A stretch of DNA of 64,000 nucleotides from positions 990 through 64,989 of the forward strand of contig JAJEIJ010000036.1 of the NCBI GenBank assembly GCA_022827725.1, read 5' to 3'. Positions 26,688-35,723 of this stretch are shown in pieces (position 1 is the first letter of the stretch; every line of letters begins with the position of its first letter). Source of the DNA: Acidimicrobiia bacterium. GTDB lineage: Bacteria; Actinomycetota; Acidimicrobiia; Acidimicrobiales; Bin134. The position numbers were made by a program, and so were the translations under genes. A model generated the notes under the pieces. That model saw only the letters and a list, made by a program, of their open reading frames with translations. It was not told where the DNA came from and ran no database searches.

Positions 26688-27632
26688 CTAAAGGTCGGGG
26701 CTGGCCATGGAGCCCGCCCCATAGCCGAAGCGGTCGAGCATCTCAGGGCGGCGCTGCCAGTTCTTCTCCACCCCTACGTGCAGCTCCAAGAACACGCCCT
26801 TGGGGAGCTGGGCCCGGGCCGCTGTGCCCACCTTCTTGAGCACCGTGCCCTTCTTGCCGATCACCATGGGCTTCTGCGACTCCCGCTCCACCAATATCTC
26901 CACCTTGATGCGGGGCCACTCCCATTCGGTTACCGCCACGGTTATGGAATGCGGCAGCTCCTCGCGGGTCAAGGCCAGAAGCTGCTCGCGCACCAACTCG
27001 GCCACCCAGCGCGCCTCGGGCATGTCACGAACCATGTCGGGGGGATACAGCGGGGGGCCGGGCGGCATGAGCTCGCACAACCGTTCCACCAGGGCGTCCA
27101 CCCCCTTGCCGGTGCGGGCCGAGGTGGGGAAATACTCGGCGAACCCCAGCTCGCCGGCCGCGGCCAACTGGGCCACCACCTTGGAGCGGGGGGCGGCGTC
27201 GATCTTGGTCACCACCACGATGGAGTCGGGGCCCAGCCGCTCGGCGATGAACCGGTCACCCCGCCCCAGTGGCCGGGTGGCATCGATGCACAAGCACACC
27301 ACGTCCACATCGTCGGCCGCGTCGACCGCGGTGGCGTTGAGCCGCTCGCCCAGCGCGGTGCGGGGCTTGTGGATACCAGGGGTATCAACAAATACCACCT
27401 GCACTTCGTCGCGGTGCAGCACTCCTCGCACCGCGTGGCGGGTGGTCTGGGCTTTGTCGGAGACGATGGCCACCTTGGTGCCCACGATGGCGTTGATGAG
27501 GGTGGACTTGCCCGAGTTGGGCCGGCCCAACAGCGTCACGAACCCCGACCGGAAGCCCTCCCACGGATTTTGGTCACCAGAGTCGCCGACTGCATCGTCT
27601 GTCGGCGTGTCTCCCGGGTTGGCCACGCCCAC
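26688..27632 (-). CDS. era: GTPase Era
   Basis: ORF 26688..27689 begins at a TTG that abuts the smpB ATG. GTG 27632 or 27626 are more plausible starts. GRPNSGKSTLIN, DTPG, TKID, C-terminal KH domain. Confidence 0.85.
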   Translation of the reverse strand: MGVANPGDTPTDDAVGDSGDQNPWEGFRSGFVTLLGRPNSGKSTLINAIVGTKVAIVSDKAQTTRHAVRGVLHRDEVQVVFVDTPGIHKPRTALGERLNATAVDAADDVDVVCLCIDATRPLGRGDRFIAERLGPDSIVVVTKIDAAPRSKVVAQLAAAGELGFAEYFPTSARTGKGVDALVERLCELMPPGPPLYPPDMVRDMPEARWVAELVREQLLALTREELPHSITVAVTEWEWPRIKVEILVERESQKPMVIGKKGTVLKKVGTAARAQLPKGVFLELHVGVEKNWQRRPEMLDRFGYGAGSMASPDL

Positions 27633-27688
27633 CAGGGTACCGCTCAATTGCCGCTGTCCCGCCCTTGCCGCCCGGGTACCGTGAGCCA

Positions 27689-28204
27689 ATGGCCGGGCCG
27701 AAGCCGGGGACGAATAGCGAGCAAGAGCGCACCAAGGTGGTGGCTACCAATCGCCGCGCCCGGAGGGACTACGAGATCCTCGACGAGTACGAGGCCGGCC
27801 TGGTGTTGGTGGGATCGGAAGTGAAGTCGCTGCGGGAATCCAACGTGACCCTCACCGAGTCGTACGCCCGCATGGCCGATGGCGAGCTGTGGCTCCAGTC
27901 GCTGCACATCGCCCCTTACTCCCACGCCGGAGGCGCCGGCGGCCACGACCCCGACCGCCCCAAGAAGCTGCTCTTGCACCGGGGCGAGCTCAACCGCATC
28001 AAGGCCCGCCTAGAGCAAGACCGCCTTACCCTGGTGCCCCTGTCCCTCTACTTCAAGCAAGGCCGGGCCAAGGTGCAGATCGGTCTGGCCCGGGGCCGCC
28101 GCCGAGCCGACAAGCGCCAAGCCATCGCCGAACAAGACGCCCGCCGCGAGGCCCGCAACGAGATGGGCCGAGCCGCCAAATCCGGGGGATCGCTATCAGG
28201 GTGA
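27689..28204 (+). CDS. smpB: SsrA-binding protein
   Basis: ATG 27689 within ORF 27665..28204. VATNRRARRDYEILDEYEAGLVLVGSEVKSLR is the SmpB signature. tmRNA follows 40 bp downstream. Confidence 0.9.
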   Translation: MAGPKPGTNSEQERTKVVATNRRARRDYEILDEYEAGLVLVGSEVKSLRESNVTLTESYARMADGELWLQSLHIAPYSHAGGAGGHDPDRPKKLLLHRGELNRIKARLEQDRLTLVPLSLYFKQGRAKVQIGLARGRRRADKRQAIAEQDARREARNEMGRAAKSGGSLSG

Positions 28205-28243
28205 GCCGGTATCATGGCGGGGCACCTTGACAACTGTGCACAC

Positions 28244-28630
28244 GGGGCTGATCGGTTTCGACGTTGGGACCGGGGGCTGCGCTGTGCGACCCGAGTTGCT
28301 CAGACTCGCAAAACGGGGCAACCAACTAAACGGCGAAGACCGTGAACTTCTCGCAGCCTGATCTTTCTGGCCTAGAGAAGAACCGCGACCGGTAACGGCA
28401 CGCGGGGCCGGTCCACCGCAGCCCGGCAACAGAAGCGGTGGAGACAGTAGGGACAGACCACTGACGGCGGGAAAGACCGCTGGCTCCGGGGAACAGACCC
28501 GGTGGCGGGCCCCCTAGCGGGGGCCGCCCGACCCGGCGGTGCGGCTGCCATCGACGCCACACACCGGGAATGGTCGTATCGCAGACAGGTCTCGCCCAGC
28601 GGACGGGGGTTCGATTCCCCCCAGCTCCAC
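28244..28630 (+). ncRNA. ssrA: tmRNA (SsrA)
   Basis: 5' GGGGCTGATCGGTTTCGAC and 3' GGGGGTTCGATTCCCCCCAGCTCCAC form the tRNA-like domain. Internal tag ORF 28308-28358 (GCA AAA ... GCA GCC) with TGA at 28359-28361, predicted tag AKRGNQLNGEDRELLAA. Confidence 0.9.
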
Positions 28631-28663
28631 TCGGCTGGTTCAGCAATGTGCCTGGTGGGGGCG

Positions 28664-29275
28664 TTAGATCTCGGTGGCTCGCCAGCAGTACCAGGCGGCG
28701 ACGCTGCGGTAGGGGCGGAACTGCTCGCCGAGCGAGTCAAGTTCCTCGGCGGTGGGGGGCTCGGTCCAGCCGTGGGCCAGGCCGTACCCTTTGCGGACTC
28801 CGAAGTCGCCCACCGGCCACACATCCAGGCGGCGGAGCGAGAAGATCAAGAACATATGGGCCGTCCAGGTGCCGATGCCCCAAACCTGGCTGAGCCGGTC
28901 GACCACTTCTTGATCTGACAGCCGCCCAAGCTTGGCCAAGTCCAGCGAGCCCTGCTCGCAGCGGGCAGCAAGGTCGAGCATCGCCCGGGTCTTGGCCCCC
29001 GACAGCCCGGCTTCTCGCAGCGGCTGCTCGCCCAGCGCCAGCACCGCACCCGGTGCCCACTCCGACGCCTGCTCCCGCACCCGACCCCAAATGGCCCCGG
29101 CCGCCTTGCCGGCCAGCTGCTGGTAGGCGATCTCGCGGCTCAGCACCTCGAAACGCTCCCCCACGGGGGGCTTGGGGCCGAATCGGGCCGGGCCGAAACG
29201 CTGCACGAGCCCGGCCATCACCTCTGAGGTCTGGGCCAACGCATGGCTGGCCTCGGTCAAGCTCGCTGTGGCCAT
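28664..29275 (-). CDS. DNA-3-methyladenine glycosylase II-like (HhH-GPD, AlkA family)
   Basis: 203 aa. IAYQQLAGKAAGAIWGRV (HhH) and the DVWPVGDFGVRKGY catalytic Asp loop. Confidence 0.75.
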   Translation of the reverse strand: MATASLTEASHALAQTSEVMAGLVQRFGPARFGPKPPVGERFEVLSREIAYQQLAGKAAGAIWGRVREQASEWAPGAVLALGEQPLREAGLSGAKTRAMLDLAARCEQGSLDLAKLGRLSDQEVVDRLSQVWGIGTWTAHMFLIFSLRRLDVWPVGDFGVRKGYGLAHGWTEPPTAEELDSLGEQFRPYRSVAAWYCWRATEI

Positions 29276-29303
29276 TTCCCGCTCCCGCGATAATTCGGGC
29301 AGG

Positions 29304-30146
29304 TCAGGTCTGGGCCGGGTCGGGAACCGGTTTCACGATCACCCGGGCGATGCGCCGCCCAGTCACCCGCTCCACCAACAGCTCCCAGCCGTCCACCACC
29401 AGCGTCTCCCCCTCTTCGGGCACATGGCCCAGAGTGTTGAAGATCAGGCCGCCCACCGTGTCCCAGTCGCCGTTGGGCAGGGGCGCGTCCAGCACTTCGC
29501 TGAGCTCGTCGATGGGCACCCGCCCGTTGACCCGCACCGTGCCGGGCGCCACCCGCTCGATCATGGGCTCCTCCACATCGAACTCGTCGACGATCTCGCC
29601 CACCAGCTCCTCGATGAGGTCTTCCAGCGTGACCACTCCGGCGGTGCCGCCGTACTCGTCCACCACGATGGCGATATGGAACTTCTCGGCCTGCATCTCC
29701 CGCAGCAGAAGGGATATGCGCTTGGTCTCGGGCACGAAGCGGGGCGTTCGGGCCACCGCTACTGCGGGAGAACCGGGACCCTGGTCCCGCTCGGCGCGCA
29801 TCAGGTCTTTGGCGTGGACCACTCCCACCACGTCGTCGATGCCCTCGGCGTACACCGGCACCCGGCTATAGCCGTGCTCGATGACGATGGCGATGGCCTC
29901 TTCCACCGTGTGCTGATTGCTCATCGCCACCGTGTCGGTGCGGGGCACCATCACCTCTCGAACCACCGTGTCGCCAAACTCGATGATCTGGCCGATCAGC
30001 TCCCGTTCTTCGGGCTCAATGGCGTCCGACGCTTCGGCCGCTTCGGCCATGGCCAGCAGCTCTTCCTCGGAGACTTGCGGCGCCTCCCGACGCCAACTGG
30101 CTCGCACCAGCCGCCGCAGGAGATTGAATCGCCCGAGAACGCTCAT
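29304..30146 (-). CDS. corC: CBS-pair + CorC_HlyC domain protein (YbeX/CorC-like)
   Basis: 280 aa. REVMVPRTD, CBS pair, C-terminal transporter-associated domain. Position after ybeY is the conserved phoH-ybeY-corC order. Confidence 0.8.
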   Translation of the reverse strand: MSVLGRFNLLRRLVRASWRREAPQVSEEELLAMAEAAEASDAIEPEERELIGQIIEFGDTVVREVMVPRTDTVAMSNQHTVEEAIAIVIEHGYSRVPVYAEGIDDVVGVVHAKDLMRAERDQGPGSPAVAVARTPRFVPETKRISLLLREMQAEKFHIAIVVDEYGGTAGVVTLEDLIEELVGEIVDEFDVEEPMIERVAPGTVRVNGRVPIDELSEVLDAPLPNGDWDTVGGLIFNTLGHVPEEGETLVVDGWELLVERVTGRRIARVIVKPVPDPAQT

Positions 30147-30676
30147 CGCGACCCCGCCCGTGACCCCGCCAGCGCGTCCGCAGCCGAAGCCCTCGCCAGC
30201 AGCTCCTGCTCCCGTTGCTCCATCACCTGGGCGTCGTTGTCGTCGAGGTGGTCGTAGCCCAACAGGTGCAGAGCGCCGTGTACTACCAGCAAGGCCAGTT
30301 CTTCCTCGACGGTCCTGCCGTGGGCCTCAGCGTTGGACGCGGCCACCGAGGGACAGACCACCACGTCGCCCACCAGTCGGGGCTCGTCGTCAGCTCGGGG
30401 GGCGCTGCCGTCGTCGGCGCCAAAGGCCAGCACATCGGTGGGCCGGTCGATGCCCCGGTGCGCGGCGTTGAGGGCGGCCATCTCGTCAGCGGCCACAAAC
30501 GACAGCCCCGCCTCCCAGGGGGCGGCTATCCGTTCTTCGGCCAGAACCCGGCGAAGCAGGCCGGCCCAGCGGTCTTGGGCCATGAGCAGATCTTGTTGGC
30601 GGTCGGACACCACGACCACCTCGTGATAAGAGTCAGAGTCGCCGGATCTCGGGCCGGAGTCGCCGTCGGCCATCAC
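30143..30676 (-). CDS. ybeY: rRNA maturation endoribonuclease YbeY
   Basis: 177 aa. HGALHLLGYDH zinc-binding motif. 4-bp overlaps on both sides. Confidence 0.9.
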   Translation of the reverse strand: MMADGDSGPRSGDSDSYHEVVVVSDRQQDLLMAQDRWAGLLRRVLAEERIAAPWEAGLSFVAADEMAALNAAHRGIDRPTDVLAFGADDGSAPRADDEPRLVGDVVVCPSVAASNAEAHGRTVEEELALLVVHGALHLLGYDHLDDNDAQVMEQREQELLARASAADALAGSRAGSR

Positions 30677-31620
30677 TGCTCGGCCCGCTCGTAGGCGTTC
30701 ACAATGTCGGCCACGATGGGGTGGCGAACCACATCGCGAGAACTCAGATGGATGAACGACAGGCCGTCGATGCCGACCAGGATCTTCTCCAGGGAGACCA
30801 GCCCGCTGCGGCCCCCCTCGACGTCCACCTGGGTCACGTCGCCGGTCACCACGGCTTTGGAGCCGAAGCCGATGCGGGTCAAGAACATCTTCATCTGCTC
30901 GGGGGTGGTGTTCTGGGCCTCATCCAGAATGATGAAGCTGTCGTTGAGGGTGCGGCCCCGCATGTAGGCCAGCGGGGCGATCTCGATCACCCCTCGGTCG
31001 ATCAGCGATTGCACTTCCTCGGTGTCGAGCATGTCGTAGAGGGCATCGTAGAGCGGGCGCAGATAGGGATCGACCTTGGCAATCATGTCACCGGGCAGAA
31101 ACCCCAAGCGCTCCCCTGCTTCCACCGCGGGCCGAGTAAGAATGATCCGCTCCACACTTTGGGCCTTCAGTTCCCGCACCGCGGTGGCCACGGCCAGCCA
31201 GCTCTTGCCGGTGCCAGCCGGGCCGATGCTGAAGGTGATGATGTTGCTCCGCATGGCGTCGACGTAGCGGCGCTGGCCACCTGATTGGGGCCGGATCACC
31301 CGACCCCGCCCCGACCGCAGCACGTCGGTGTCCATAACTCCCGAGGGGCTCTCATCGGCCTCCACCATCTTGATCGCCCGGCCCAGCGTGCGGGAATCGA
31401 GTTGGTGGCCGCCCTGCACCAGCAAGATCATCTCATCGAAGAGGCCGGCCACTCGGTCGGCGCTTTGGCCCGATACCGTGATCCGGTTGCCCCGCACGAA
31501 GATGTCGGCATCGGGGAACGACTGCTCGATCTGACGAAGATGCTGATCGCGCTCGCCCAATAGGGCTGCCATGAGCCCATTGCGCGGGATGTCTATGGTG
31601 ACCGGTGCTGCGGTGGTCAT
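30673..31620 (-). CDS. phoH: PhoH-like ATPase (YbeZ)
   Basis: 315 aa. Walker A GPAGTGKSWLA, ILDEAQN, GDVTQVD. Confidence 0.9.
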   Translation of the reverse strand: MTTAAPVTIDIPRNGLMAALLGERDQHLRQIEQSFPDADIFVRGNRITVSGQSADRVAGLFDEMILLVQGGHQLDSRTLGRAIKMVEADESPSGVMDTDVLRSGRGRVIRPQSGGQRRYVDAMRSNIITFSIGPAGTGKSWLAVATAVRELKAQSVERIILTRPAVEAGERLGFLPGDMIAKVDPYLRPLYDALYDMLDTEEVQSLIDRGVIEIAPLAYMRGRTLNDSFIILDEAQNTTPEQMKMFLTRIGFGSKAVVTGDVTQVDVEGGRSGLVSLEKILVGIDGLSFIHLSSRDVVRHPIVADIVNAYERAEQ

Positions 31621-31890
31621 TCAGGACTCAGCGTCTGCATCGCCTTCCTCTCCCTTATCGGCGGTGCCGACAGAGACAGGGTCGGGATACAGATGGCCGA
31701 GTGTGCCGGGCTCGATGCGGCTGCTCTCGATGAAAGCATCCACATCAGCCTGCTTGACCCGGATTACCCGGCCCATTCGATAGGCGGGCAAACCCCCTTC
31801 ATTGATGAACCGGTACAGCGTTCGCGTAGTGATACCAAGCCGCTTTGCCGCGGTCTCGGTGTTCAGCCACACAATCTGGGCGTCGCTCAT
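31621..31890 (-). CDS. Small excisionase/MerR-type helix-turn-helix DNA-binding protein with acidic tail
   Basis: ATG 31890 within ORF 31621..31926. LNTETAAKRLGITTRTLYRFINEGGLPAYRMGRVIRVKQADVDAFI is the HTH_17/excisionase-family pattern. Its stop abuts the phoH start. Confidence 0.7.
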   Translation of the reverse strand: MSDAQIVWLNTETAAKRLGITTRTLYRFINEGGLPAYRMGRVIRVKQADVDAFIESSRIEPGTLGHLYPDPVSVGTADKGEEGDADAES

Positions 31891-31992
31891 CTGCCCACAC
31901 TCTATCCTGTTGCCCCGCCTTCGCACCCAAAAAACTTTGTACTGGCTTCAACCGGGCACTCGACCACGGCAATGAACGACTTTCGGGGTCTC

Positions 31993-32772
31993 TCATATCG
32001 CTTCGCTCGGCGGCGAAGGATCGTTGGCGTGGCGCAGCATTTGCACTGCGCTGACGATGAGCAAGATGGCGAACAAGATGCCCGACAAACGGGGGCTGAG
32101 AGCACTGGCGCCCAGTGCGCCGACGAATGCCGAGGCCACCCCAGATGTACCGACAGTGAGCGCCGACTTGGGGTCGATGTTGCCGGAGCGGCGATTCCGA
32201 AGGGTGCCGACAATGGACGTGGGCAGGATCACCAGCAATGAGGTGCCCTTGGCGGTGGGGTCGACAAAGCCGAAAAGCAAGATCAGAGCCGGAATCATGA
32301 TCACGCCGCCACCCACCCCCATAGTGCCCGACAACAGCCCGGTGGCCAGGCCGCAGGCCACATAGGCAAAGGCCAAGGCCACGGTGATGTCGCTGTGGCC
32401 GTCGGTGTCGGGGGCGATGGCCAAGAAGCGGGCCGCGGTGGCCAACAGCAGCAAGGCGAAGCCAACCCGAAGCGACCGGATGGGAACCCGATCGAGCAGT
32501 GACGTGCCGACGGTGACCCCTACCGAGGCGCCGGCGAAGATCAGCAGACCGGGCGCCCAGGCCACCGAGCCCTCGAGCAGGAATCCGCCCAGGGCGGAGG
32601 CTGAAATGAGCACCATGGCGCCCAGTGAAGTGCCATGGGCTCGGCGCTGCTCCATGCCCAACAGCAGCACCAGGCAGGGCACCATGAGGATCCCGCCGCC
32701 CACTCCGAACAGCCCGGACAGAAAACCGGTGGCCACTCCGACCCCGATTGGCCCCCACCTGGAGTTGTTCAT
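31993..32772 (-). CDS. TauE/SafE (TSUP) family anion exporter
   Basis: ORF 31993..32808, ATG 32772 likely. Duplicated GxxGxGGG motifs (GLFGVGGGILMVP, GTMGVGGGVIMIP), about 8 TM. Confidence 0.8.
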   Translation of the reverse strand: MNNSRWGPIGVGVATGFLSGLFGVGGGILMVPCLVLLLGMEQRRAHGTSLGAMVLISASALGGFLLEGSVAWAPGLLIFAGASVGVTVGTSLLDRVPIRSLRVGFALLLLATAARFLAIAPDTDGHSDITVALAFAYVACGLATGLLSGTMGVGGGVIMIPALILLFGFVDPTAKGTSLLVILPTSIVGTLRNRRSGNIDPKSALTVGTSGVASAFVGALGASALSPRLSGILFAILLIVSAVQMLRHANDPSPPSEAI

Positions 32773-32848
32773 GAGGTGGCCACCCCGACCCCGCTGCGAC
32801 TTGTTCATGACATGGCGATGATTGCAGTGTCAGGGGCTATAACAGCAG

Positions 32849-34426
32849 TCAATCGGCGGCTGCCTGCTCGCGGAGCACGTACTTCAGCACTTTGCCCGAT
32901 GCGTTGAGCGGGAGGGCGTCGGTGAATCGCACCCGGCGGGGCACCTTGTAGTTGGCCATCTCGCCGCGGCACCAGGCAATGACCTCCGTTTCGGAGAACT
33001 CGGCTCCGGGGGCGGGTACCACGGTGGCCACCGCCACCTCGCCGAGCCGGTCGTCGGGCATCCCGATCACCGCCACCTGCCCGATCTGGGGGTGGGCCAG
33101 CATGATGTTCTCGATCTCAGCCGGATAGGCGTTGAACCCGCCCACGATGAACATGTCCTTCTTTCGGTCGGTGATGTCGATGTTGCCCTGTTCGTCCATC
33201 ACCCCGATGTCGCCGGTGTGGAGCCAACCGTCGGCGTCGATGGTCTCGGCGGTCTGCTCGGGGTCGTCCAGGTACCCGAGCATCACGTTGTAGCCCCGCA
33301 CCACGATCTCACCGGGCTCTCCTCGGGGCATCTCGTTGCCGTCGTCGTCCACAATCTGCACCTCCACGTCGGGTATGGCCCGGCCCGAGGTGTTGGCAAT
33401 GGTCTCCAGGTCGTCGTCGTGGCGGCACATGGTGGCGATGCCCGACCCCTCGGTGAGGCCGTAGCCGGTGACGATGTTCTCGAACCCCAGGCGGGACCGC
33501 ATTTGGAGGATCATCTCTACTGGAATGGCAGCGGCTCCGGTTACCGCTAGGCGGAGGGTCGACATGTCGAAGCTGTCTAGATCGGGATGATTCAAGATGG
33601 TCTGGTAGATGGCCGGTGGACCGGGGAGCATGGAAATGCGCTCTTCGGGCACTCGAGCCATTACCGAGGGCACGTCGAACACCGCGTGGGGGATGTTGGT
33701 GGCCCCGGTCATGAGGCAGGCCAAGATGCCGGAGTTGAGGCCGAAGGCGTGGAAATAGGGGTTGACGATGAGGTAGCGGTCGCCGGCCCGCAGGCCGATC
33801 ACGTCGCACCACGATTGGAATCCCCGGCAGATGGCGGAGTGGATGAGCATGGCACCCTTGGGCAGGCCGGTGGTGCCCGAGGTGAACATGATGTGGCAGA
33901 GGTCGTCGCCCTTCACTGAGGCGGACCGGGCGTCGCCGTCGGCCTCGGCCACCTGGCCAGCCCGCTCGAGAAACTGGGCGAAGCCGGTGGTGCCGTCGGG
34001 GACGGTCCCCCGCAGTACCACGATCTCGTCGAGGCTGTGGCCGCCGTCGGCGTCGCGCAGCAGCGCCACGTAGTCGGTGTCCAAGAAGTCGGTGACCGTG
34101 AACAGGATGCGGGCCCCCGACTTCTGGAGGATGAAGTCGGCCTCGCGACCCTTGAACCGGGTGTTCACCGGCACCAGCACGCCCCCGGCCAAATGAACCC
34201 CCAGCCCGGCCACCACCCACTCCCAGATGTTGGGGGCCCACACCGCCACCCGGTCGCCGGGCTCGATGCCCGAGGCCATCAGCGCCCGGGCCGAGGTCCG
34301 GATGCGATCTCGCAGCTCGGGGAATGTCCAGCGCACTTCGCCGTCCACCAGGGCCTCCAGGTCGGGAAACCGGCGGGCCGCGTCATCCACCAACTCGCAG
34401 ATGGTGGTCCACGGAGCATCGGACAT
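32849..34426 (-). CDS. AMP-dependent acyl-CoA synthetase/ligase
   Basis: 525 aa. AMP-binding signature MFTSGTTGLPKGAML, GYGLTE, TGDIG...DRKKD. Confidence 0.85.
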   Translation of the reverse strand: MSDAPWTTICELVDDAARRFPDLEALVDGEVRWTFPELRDRIRTSARALMASGIEPGDRVAVWAPNIWEWVVAGLGVHLAGGVLVPVNTRFKGREADFILQKSGARILFTVTDFLDTDYVALLRDADGGHSLDEIVVLRGTVPDGTTGFAQFLERAGQVAEADGDARSASVKGDDLCHIMFTSGTTGLPKGAMLIHSAICRGFQSWCDVIGLRAGDRYLIVNPYFHAFGLNSGILACLMTGATNIPHAVFDVPSVMARVPEERISMLPGPPAIYQTILNHPDLDSFDMSTLRLAVTGAAAIPVEMILQMRSRLGFENIVTGYGLTEGSGIATMCRHDDDLETIANTSGRAIPDVEVQIVDDDGNEMPRGEPGEIVVRGYNVMLGYLDDPEQTAETIDADGWLHTGDIGVMDEQGNIDITDRKKDMFIVGGFNAYPAEIENIMLAHPQIGQVAVIGMPDDRLGEVAVATVVPAPGAEFSETEVIAWCRGEMANYKVPRRVRFTDALPLNASGKVLKYVLREQAAAD

Positions 34427-34472
34427 GGCTGCGACCCTAATTCACTGCTTTCGGATCATCGGAGTTGGCCAG

Positions 34473-35630
34473 CTAGTCGGCGGTTCGCACCGCGCCTCGG
34501 GCAATGAGGCGGGCGATTTCGTCGTCGCCCAAGCCGAGATCGTCGGCCAACACCGAGCGAGTGTCCTCGCCGAGGCGGGCGGATCGGTGGGTAACCCCCA
34601 CGGTGGCGTCGCCCATGGCGAACGGTTTGGCCGGCACCGGAATCCCTGGACGGATCTCGGCTATGAGGCCCCGGTCGGAGGCCCAGTCGCTGGCGGCTAG
34701 CTCGGCCACCGAGCTGATACGGGCCGCGGGCAACGGCTGCCGCTCCACCACTTCGGCCAATTTTTCGTAGGTCGAAAAGCCGGCCACCAGGCCTCGCAGT
34801 ATGTCAAGGGCCTCCTCACGGGTGGGGTGGTCGGGGCAATCGTCGGCATCGCCGCCGAGGGCGGACACCCACCGGGGCAACATCTGCTCGGGATTGCCGA
34901 TCAGCGACACCGCTTGGCCGTCGGCGGTGCGGGCGACGGCGTAGTTCCAAGTGTCGAAGTCCCTCGGCCCGTCGTAACCCGAGAGGTCGTTGCCCGCCTG
35001 GTCGTTGGCGTAGATGAGGGTCTCGGCCATGGCGATGTCTAGGTGCTGGCCGGTGCCGGTGTGCTCCCGCTGGTAGAGGGCGGCCAGCACCGCTGACACC
35101 GAGATGAACCCGGCGTAGAGATCGCCGTGCTGGTGGATCTCTTGGAGGGGCTCGCCCTCCCGGAGCCGGGCAGCCAACTCAATGGTGCCAGCCACGGCGT
35201 GCATCATGGGAGCGTGGGCTCGGCGATGAGTCCACGGCCCGGTCTGGCCAAACCCGGTGATGGAGCAGAACACCAGCCGGGGGTTGCGGGCCGACAGCTC
35301 CTCATAAGACAGCCCGTAGCGGGCCATAACGCCGGGTCGGTAGTTCTCCAGGAGAACGTCGGCCCGGTCGGCCAGCGCGGCCACCACCCCTGTGCCGCCT
35401 TCGGCCTTGAGATCGACGCAGATGTTGCGTTTGCCCGCGTTCATGTGGCTGAACGTGACGCCGATGCCGTCGTCGTCTACTGGGGGAACCGGCCGGGTGA
35501 GGTCGCCGGACGGTGGCTCGATCTTGATGACGTCGGCCCCCAGATCGGCCAGCACCCGTCCGCAGATCGGTCCGGAGAAGATCCGGGTTAGGTCCACCAC
35601 CCGGATGCCGTCTAGCGGCCCCTTGGTCAT
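34473..35630 (-). CDS. CoA-transferase family III (CaiB/BaiF)
   Basis: 385 aa. GIRVVDLTRIFSGPICGRVLADLGADVIKIE N-terminus is diagnostic for the family. Confidence 0.85.
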   Translation of the reverse strand: MTKGPLDGIRVVDLTRIFSGPICGRVLADLGADVIKIEPPSGDLTRPVPPVDDDGIGVTFSHMNAGKRNICVDLKAEGGTGVVAALADRADVLLENYRPGVMARYGLSYEELSARNPRLVFCSITGFGQTGPWTHRRAHAPMMHAVAGTIELAARLREGEPLQEIHQHGDLYAGFISVSAVLAALYQREHTGTGQHLDIAMAETLIYANDQAGNDLSGYDGPRDFDTWNYAVARTADGQAVSLIGNPEQMLPRWVSALGGDADDCPDHPTREEALDILRGLVAGFSTYEKLAEVVERQPLPAARISSVAELAASDWASDRGLIAEIRPGIPVPAKPFAMGDATVGVTHRSARLGEDTRSVLADDLGLGDDEIARLIARGAVRTAD

Positions 35631-35654
35631 TGCCGATCAGCGGCAGAGAACGCG

Positions 35655-35699
35655 GCCGTGCCCGACCCGCCGCCGACATGGCAGCCGATCGGGCACGGC
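35655..35699 (-). terminator. 11-bp perfect inverted repeat (GCCGTGCCCGA..23 nt..TCGGGCACGGC) just after the SBP gene stop
   Basis: Read directly. Lies between the binding-protein stop (35724) and the CoA-transferase start (35630). Large loop, weak T-tract. Confidence 0.35.
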
Positions 35700-35723
35700 A
35701 CAGTAACTATTGATTCAGTTGGC

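Noticed and set aside
28227-28232. TTGACA hexamer as the -35 element of the tmRNA promoter.
   Set aside because: It lies only ~12 nt upstream of the mature 5' end (28244). This leaves no room for a spacer and -10 unless the precursor starts further upstream, and that was not resolvable from sequence alone.
28630-29275. Genomic island integrated at the tmRNA 3' end.
   Set aside because: The next gene is an AlkA-like glycosylase of native high GC, ending 34 bp after ssrA. No duplicated ssrA 3' segment or integrase was seen.
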